Shown here in pieces: positions 47,486 through 51,982 of a stretch of DNA of 51,982 bases (its first letter is position 1; every line of letters begins with the position of its first letter). The notes beneath the pieces were generated by a model. It saw only the letters and a program-made list of their open reading frames with translations. It did not search any database and was not told where the DNA came from. This DNA is from Candidatus Nanopelagicales bacterium (GTDB lineage: Bacteria; Actinomycetota; Actinomycetes; JAHEKZ01). The DNA lies in assembly GCA_038316135.1 (NCBI GenBank), contig JBBQAL010000005.1:1-51982 (forward strand). The letters run 5' to 3'. The translations under genes and the position numbers were made by a program.

Positions 47486-48634
47486 TCAGCCGGAGAGGCG
47501 CACCGGCATGATCAGGTACCGGTAGCTGCCATCACTCGGCTTTTCTGGGTCAACTCGACCGGCGATCACGGCTGGTTTGGTTGAGGTGGTGAACGAGATC
47601 TCGGTGTGGGCCGTTCCGAGCGCCCCGATTCCTTCCTGCAGGAACTGTGGGTTGAACGCAATCGTCAGCGAGTCACCGGTGTAGGCACAACTCAGTGTTT
47701 CGACCGCTTGCGCTTCGTCTCCTGCACCAGCTTCGACAACAACCTGTCCCTCTTCGAAGGAGAGTCGCACCGGGGTGTTCCGATCGGCTACCAGGGCGAC
47801 CCGCTTGACCGTCTCGAGCAGCGCGGCAGACTCGACAACTGCCACTGAGCTCGACTCCGAAGGCAGCAAGGCCCGGTACTTCGGGAACTCACCATCGAGA
47901 AGTCGATTGGTGGTGCGACGACGCTCAGCTCCGGCTGCGCCCTCGAAGCCGATCAAACCTTCGCCAGCACCGCTGCCGGTCAGAGCGATTGTCACGGTGT
48001 CGGCATCAGAAAGCGCGCGAGCTGTGTCTGCCAGCGAACGTCCTTGGACGAGCGCAACGGTGGTCAGATCGGTGCGACCAGGCGCCCACTGCAACTCGCG
48101 TACCGCGAGGCGGTAGCGGTCAGTGGCCGCCAGCACCAGGCGGTCGCCTTCGAACTCCACCCGGATCCCGGTGAGGACGGGGAGTGTGTCGTCACGTCCG
48201 ACCGCAACAGCGACCTGTGCGACAGCTGCAGCGAATACGTCTCCTGGCAATGTGCCGGCGGGGTCAGGCATCGCTGGAAGCGAGGGGTAGTCCTCGCGCG
48301 GCAGTGTCTGCAAGCTGAACTTCGACGTCCCGCAGACCAACTGGGCCTTACGCTCACTTTCCTCAGTTGCCATCTCGACGGGACGGTCGGGAAGGCTGCG
48401 GGTGATGTCGGCCAAGAGCCGGCCGGAGACCAGGATCGAACCAGGTTCACTGACGTCGGCCGGGACTTCCACCCGAGCGGAGACCTCGTAGTCGAAGGAG
48501 CTGAGGGTCAGCCCGCCGTCCTCGGCGTCGATGAGGAGGCCGGCGAGCACGGGAAGGGGCGGCCGAGTGGGCAGGCTGCGCGCAGCCCAGGCAACGGCCT
48601 CGGCAAAGACGTCGCGTTCGACGCGGAACTTCAC
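47486..48634 (-). CDS. dnaN: DNA polymerase III beta clamp
   Basis: [39 protein letters not shown]. Confidence 0.97.
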   Translation of the reverse strand: MKFRVERDVFAEAVAWAARSLPTRPPLPVLAGLLIDAEDGGLTLSSFDYEVSARVEVPADVSEPGSILVSGRLLADITRSLPDRPVEMATEESERKAQLVCGTSKFSLQTLPREDYPSLPAMPDPAGTLPGDVFAAAVAQVAVAVGRDDTLPVLTGIRVEFEGDRLVLAATDRYRLAVRELQWAPGRTDLTTVALVQGRSLADTARALSDADTVTIALTGSGAGEGLIGFEGAAGAERRRTTNRLLDGEFPKYRALLPSESSSVAVVESAALLETVKRVALVADRNTPVRLSFEEGQVVVEAGAGDEAQAVETLSCAYTGDSLTIAFNPQFLQEGIGALGTAHTEISFTTSTKPAVIAGRVDPEKPSDGSYRYLIMPVRLSG

Positions 48635-49026
48635 GAAAGATCCTCCGGATCAGGGCTTTGGACGCAGGACGCACGAGAGTACCGGCATCGAGGCGGTTAC
48701 TCTACGTGATCGAGGGTTGGACGGGTTGTTGTGACTTACTGCGGTGTTTTGCTGGAGTGATGAAGGAGTACTCGTCGTCGTCGTCGGTGCGGTGGACAAT
48801 GGGGACGACCGGCGTTTCGGCTGGTCACGTCGGTGATTGGCATCCACAGCCAGGTGTGTTCTGCCGCCGACTTTCCGGTAACGACCAGTGGACGACGAGA
48901 TGAACGATCCGTGACGTCCACCGGTCATCCCCAGGTAAACCACGTCATCAGGCAGGTAGTCCACAGGGTTGTCCCCAGCGTGTGCACCCAGCGTGATCGT
49001 GCGAAACGAACAGTGCGTCACGATCG
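48635..49026. other. Chromosomal replication origin oriC
   Basis: dnaA-dnaN spacer with many degenerate DnaA boxes (e.g. TTGTCCACC 48791-99 and TCGTCCCCA 48800-08 on minus; GCATCCACA, TCATCCCCA, TAGTCCACA, TTGTCCCCA on plus) and a (TCG)5 tract. Confidence 0.88.
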
Positions 49027-50454
49027 TCAGCCCTGCCGCGCCTGCGATTTGATCCGGTTCGTCAACTCAGTGACCTGGTTGTAGACGCTGCGTCGTTCAG
49101 CCATGAGCTGCCGGATCTTGCGGTCAGCGTGCATCACCGTTGTGTGGTCCCGACCACCGAACTGCTGGCCGATCTTCGGCAGTGACAGGTCGGTGAGCTC
49201 GCGGCAGAGGTACATGGCGATCTGGCGAGCGTTGACCAGGACTCTGGAGCGGCTGGAGCCGCAGAGGTCGTCAAGGGTCAACCCGAAGTAGGCAGCGGTC
49301 TGGGCCATGATCAGGGCGCTGGTGACCTCGGGCCCGCTGCTCTCGGGGATGAGGTCCTTCAGCACGATCTCAGCGAGCGCGAGATCTACCGGTTGGCGGT
49401 TCAGGCTGGCGAACGCGGTCACCCGGATCAAGGCGCCCTCGAGCTCGCGGATGTTCGTGGCGATCTTGCTAGCGATGAACTCCAAAACCTCGGGCGGCGC
49501 CTGCAGTTTTTCTTGCGCTGCCTTCTTGCGGAGGATCGCGATTCTGGTCTCGAGGTCGGGTGGCTGCACGTCGGTGGTGAGTCCCCACGTGAAGCGGGTA
49601 CGCATTCGGTCTTCGAATCCGGAGAGCTGCTGGGGCGAGACGTCGCTGGTGATGACGATCTGTTTGTTTGCTGTGTGGAGCGTGTTGAAGGTGTGGAAGA
49701 ACTCTTCCTGCGTCTGGACGCGGCCTTGCAGGAACTGGATGTCGTCGATCAGCAAGACGTCGATGTCGCGGTAGCGGCGCTGGAAGGCCTGTGCCTTGTC
49801 ATCCCGAATCGAGTTGATGAAGTCGTTGGTGAACTCTTCGGAACTGACGTAGAGAACACGCGTGCCGGCGTAGAGGTTGCGCGCGTAGTGCCCGATGGCG
49901 TGCAGCAGGTGGGTCTTTCCCAGGCCTGAGCCGCCGTAGATAAAGAGCGGGTTGTACGCCTTGGCCGGTGCCTCGGCGACCGCAACAGCTGCGGCATGGG
50001 CAAAGCGGTTGCTGGCACCGATCACGAAGGTGTCGAAGGTGTACTTCGGGTTCAGTCGCGAGTCGGAGTCGAATCGTGGAACGGGGGAGCCGGTTCCGGG
50101 GCGAACGGCGGAGTCGTCGGCGATTCGGATGGCGTCAGCGGCGAGGGTCTCAGCATCGAGTTCGTCGTCGTCGGAGCCGGAAAGTTCATTGGCAAGCTCT
50201 GGCTCGACGGTGACAGCGATCCGCACTTCGCGGCCCAGCTCACGGGAGAGAACTTCGGTGACGTGCGGCCGCAGTCGGCTCTCGATGAGATCTTTGGTGA
50301 AGTCATTGGGGGCAGCCAGCAGGGCGGTGTCCTCGACCACCCCCACCGGCCGGGTCAGGCGCAAGAAGGCGCCGGCCTGCGGCCCTGCCTCGTCGGCCAG
50401 GGTGTCGAGCACCCGTTTCCAGACGGTGGCCAAGTCTTGGGTCTGCGTGGTCAC
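49027..50454 (-). CDS. dnaA: Chromosomal replication initiator DnaA
   Basis: [51 protein letters not shown]; GTG after GGAAGGG RBS. Confidence 0.98.
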   Translation of the reverse strand: MTTQTQDLATVWKRVLDTLADEAGPQAGAFLRLTRPVGVVEDTALLAAPNDFTKDLIESRLRPHVTEVLSRELGREVRIAVTVEPELANELSGSDDDELDAETLAADAIRIADDSAVRPGTGSPVPRFDSDSRLNPKYTFDTFVIGASNRFAHAAAVAVAEAPAKAYNPLFIYGGSGLGKTHLLHAIGHYARNLYAGTRVLYVSSEEFTNDFINSIRDDKAQAFQRRYRDIDVLLIDDIQFLQGRVQTQEEFFHTFNTLHTANKQIVITSDVSPQQLSGFEDRMRTRFTWGLTTDVQPPDLETRIAILRKKAAQEKLQAPPEVLEFIASKIATNIRELEGALIRVTAFASLNRQPVDLALAEIVLKDLIPESSGPEVTSALIMAQTAAYFGLTLDDLCGSSRSRVLVNARQIAMYLCRELTDLSLPKIGQQFGGRDHTTVMHADRKIRQLMAERRSVYNQVTELTNRIKSQARQG

Positions 50455-50492
50455 AGGCGCCCTTCCACTTCTCCCCGAGCTTCTTTGATCTG

Positions 50493-50661
50493 TCGTCCAC
50501 AGGCGAAGATCGCAGGTCAAGGCCTAGATCCACACGTTCATCCACAGGCTGTGGGTGGAACAGATCGACGCAATCAGGACGGGTCGGCCGGTGGCCGGTT
50601 GACCTGAGTGCGCGGGCGGACGTTACCGGGCTGAACCGATGGAGTCCAGCGGTTGTCCACA
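50493..50661. promoter_or_regulatory. DnaA boxes upstream of dnaA (autoregulatory or second origin part)
   Basis: TCGTCCACA 50493, AGATCCACA 50526, TCATCCACA 50538, perfect TTGTCCACA 50653. Confidence 0.75.
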
Positions 50662-50927
50662 ATAGGAGCCACCGTAGCGAGCGATGATCGGCGTGTCTCC
50701 CCCACCCCCGCGGCAAGTTTTGAAACAATGGAAAGTTGCTCGGGCGGGCGCATGCCCCCGAGAGAGGTCGCCCGGTTTGACCCAACCCCGCCCCCGCGTT
50801 GTACCGTAGGGGGTCGCTGGTCCAAATTGCGGCCAGCATGTGTGATGTCCATCGTGTGAAGTAATCCCTTGACCTGCCCAGCGGGGGCTGCCCCCGCCTT
50901 GCCACCAGCCAGACCTCGGAGCCCCTT

Positions 50928-51065
50928 GTGTCGAAGCGTACCTTCCAGCCCAACAACAGGCGTCGGGCCAAGACCCATGGCTTCCGGCTCCGGATGCACA
51001 CCCGCGCCGGTCGCTCCATCCTTTCGGCGCGTCGCCGCAAGGGCCGCGACCGTCTCGCTGCCTGA
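50928..51065 (+). CDS. rpmH: 50S ribosomal protein L34 (absent from ORF track)
   Basis: [45 protein letters not shown]. Confidence 0.97.
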   Translation: MSKRTFQPNNRRRAKTHGFRLRMHTRAGRSILSARRRKGRDRLAA

Positions 51066-51068
51066 CCG

Positions 51069-51428
51069 GTGTTGCCCGCGGCCCATCGGATGCGCCGGAG
51101 CGCCGACTTCACTGCTGCCGTTCGGCGGGGACGTCGAGCCTCGCGTCCTACCCTCGTCCTGCACGTGAGGTCCAGACAAGAATGTTCAGAACCGGCCCTG
51201 GTCGGTCTCATCGTGAGCAAGGCGGTTGGCAACGCAGTGGCGCGGCACCGAGTCTCGCGCCGGCTCAGGGCGGTGTGTGCCCACGACGTTGACGGCTGGG
51301 GTGTCGGTGATCTTGTGGTGATTCGGGCGCTGCCGGCTGCTGCCGCAGCCACCTCGGACCAGTTGGCGACTGACCTGGACCAGGCCGCGGCGCGGCTGGG
51401 CCTGGCGCCCGCAGGAGACGCCTCGTGA
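51069..51428 (+). CDS. rnpA: Ribonuclease P protein component
   Basis: MLP..HR....[27 protein letters not shown]. Confidence 0.95.
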   Translation: MLPAAHRMRRSADFTAAVRRGRRASRPTLVLHVRSRQECSEPALVGLIVSKAVGNAVARHRVSRRLRAVCAHDVDGWGVGDLVVIRALPAAAAATSDQLATDLDQAAARLGLAPAGDAS

Positions 51429-51739
51429 GCGCCCGGCGGATCGTCCTGGCAGTGGTGATGGCCCCGCTGTGGTTCTACCGGCACGTCATATCGCCGCTGA
51501 CTCCGCAGACCTGCCGCTACTACCCCTCGTGCTCTGCGTACGCCGAAGAAGCCCTGAAGACCCACGGAGTGCTGCGCGGCAGCTGGTTAGCCCTGCGCCG
51601 CTTGGCCCGCTGCCACCCGTGGACGCCGGGCGGTGTCGATCATGTGCCGCCCGGAACTTTCCGCGACAGTGACGTCGCTGTGACGCCAGTGACGCCAGTC
51701 ACGCCAGTAACAGGGAGCGTGACCCATGGGTCTGCTTAA
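51425..51739 (+). CDS. yidD: Membrane protein insertion efficiency factor YidD
   Basis: YR..ISP....[11 protein letters not shown]...HG..RG..L...R..RCHPW..GG.D.VP. Confidence 0.95.
   Translation: MSARRIVLAVVMAPLWFYRHVISPLTPQTCRYYPSCSAYAEEALKTHGVLRGSWLALRRLARCHPWTPGGVDHVPPGTFRDSDVAVTPVTPVTPVTGSVTHGSA
51680..51711 (+). repeat. 9-bp tandem repeat in yidD tail (VTP)3
   Basis: GTGACGCCA GTGACGCCA GTCACGCCA GTAAC. Confidence 0.6.
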
Positions 51740-51905
51740 TCCGCTCTACTACGCCGTCGCCTGGGTACTGGTGCAGTGGCACTCCTTCTGGAAGTTGTTC
51801 TTCCCGCCGGACAGCGGAGCAGCGTGGGCGCTGTCCATCGTCGGTCTGGTCGTGGTGATCCGCACCCTGCTGATCCCGCTCTTCGTCAAGCAGATCAAGG
51901 CCCAG
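51726..51905 (+). CDS. yidC: Membrane protein insertase YidC, N-terminal part only
   Basis: [25 protein letters not shown]; similarity ends abruptly near 51906. Confidence 0.88.
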
Positions 51906-51982
51906 CTTTACATTTTAACCTGCGGTGTATCGGATTACAGCGGCGACCAGCTCGATTTAAAATATGCGTCGAAAGATGCCGA

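Noticed and set aside
1-51982. CRISPR arrays, prophage, toxin-antitoxin, restriction or other defence genes, rRNA
   Set aside because: No spaced direct repeats or recognisable motifs found by eye

Overview
High-GC actinobacterial chromosome segment covering the replication origin and about 50 kb next to it. The right end is the conserved origin cluster (yidC partial, yidD, rnpA, rpmH, dnaA, oriC, dnaN, recF, DciA/DUF721, gyrB, gyrA, DUF3566, tRNA-Ile, DLW-39, tRNA-Ala). The middle holds ppiA, rhomboid, crgA, DUF881, class E sortase, pabA/trpG, and the fhaA-fhaB-pstP-rodA-pbpA-pknB cluster beside tRNA-Leu(CAG). The left half has housekeeping genes (TrpB-like, serS, pheA, DUF5926, glpQ, Fpg/Nei) mixed with accessory genes. 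No CRISPR, IS, integrase or prophage was seen. The most notable observations are: (1) a FabX/UfaA-like flavoprotein with four C-terminal Cys and a perfect 20-bp palindrome over its -10 box, a candidate unsaturated-fatty-acid route; (2) an oriC with (TCG)5 where TAG DnaA-trios normally sit; (3) an agmatine deiminase operon with no carbamate kinase and a variant putrescine transcarbamylase; (4) a frameshifted LPATG sortase substrate; (5) a sigma28-like promoter on a GGDEF-EAL gene; (6) a candidate C-loop sRNA; (7) a DnaA-box cluster outside the origin, behind crgA; (8) a PafBC-type promoter on gyrB; (9) a probably chimeric contig end inside yidC. All family calls come from motif recognition by eye, and no database search was run.
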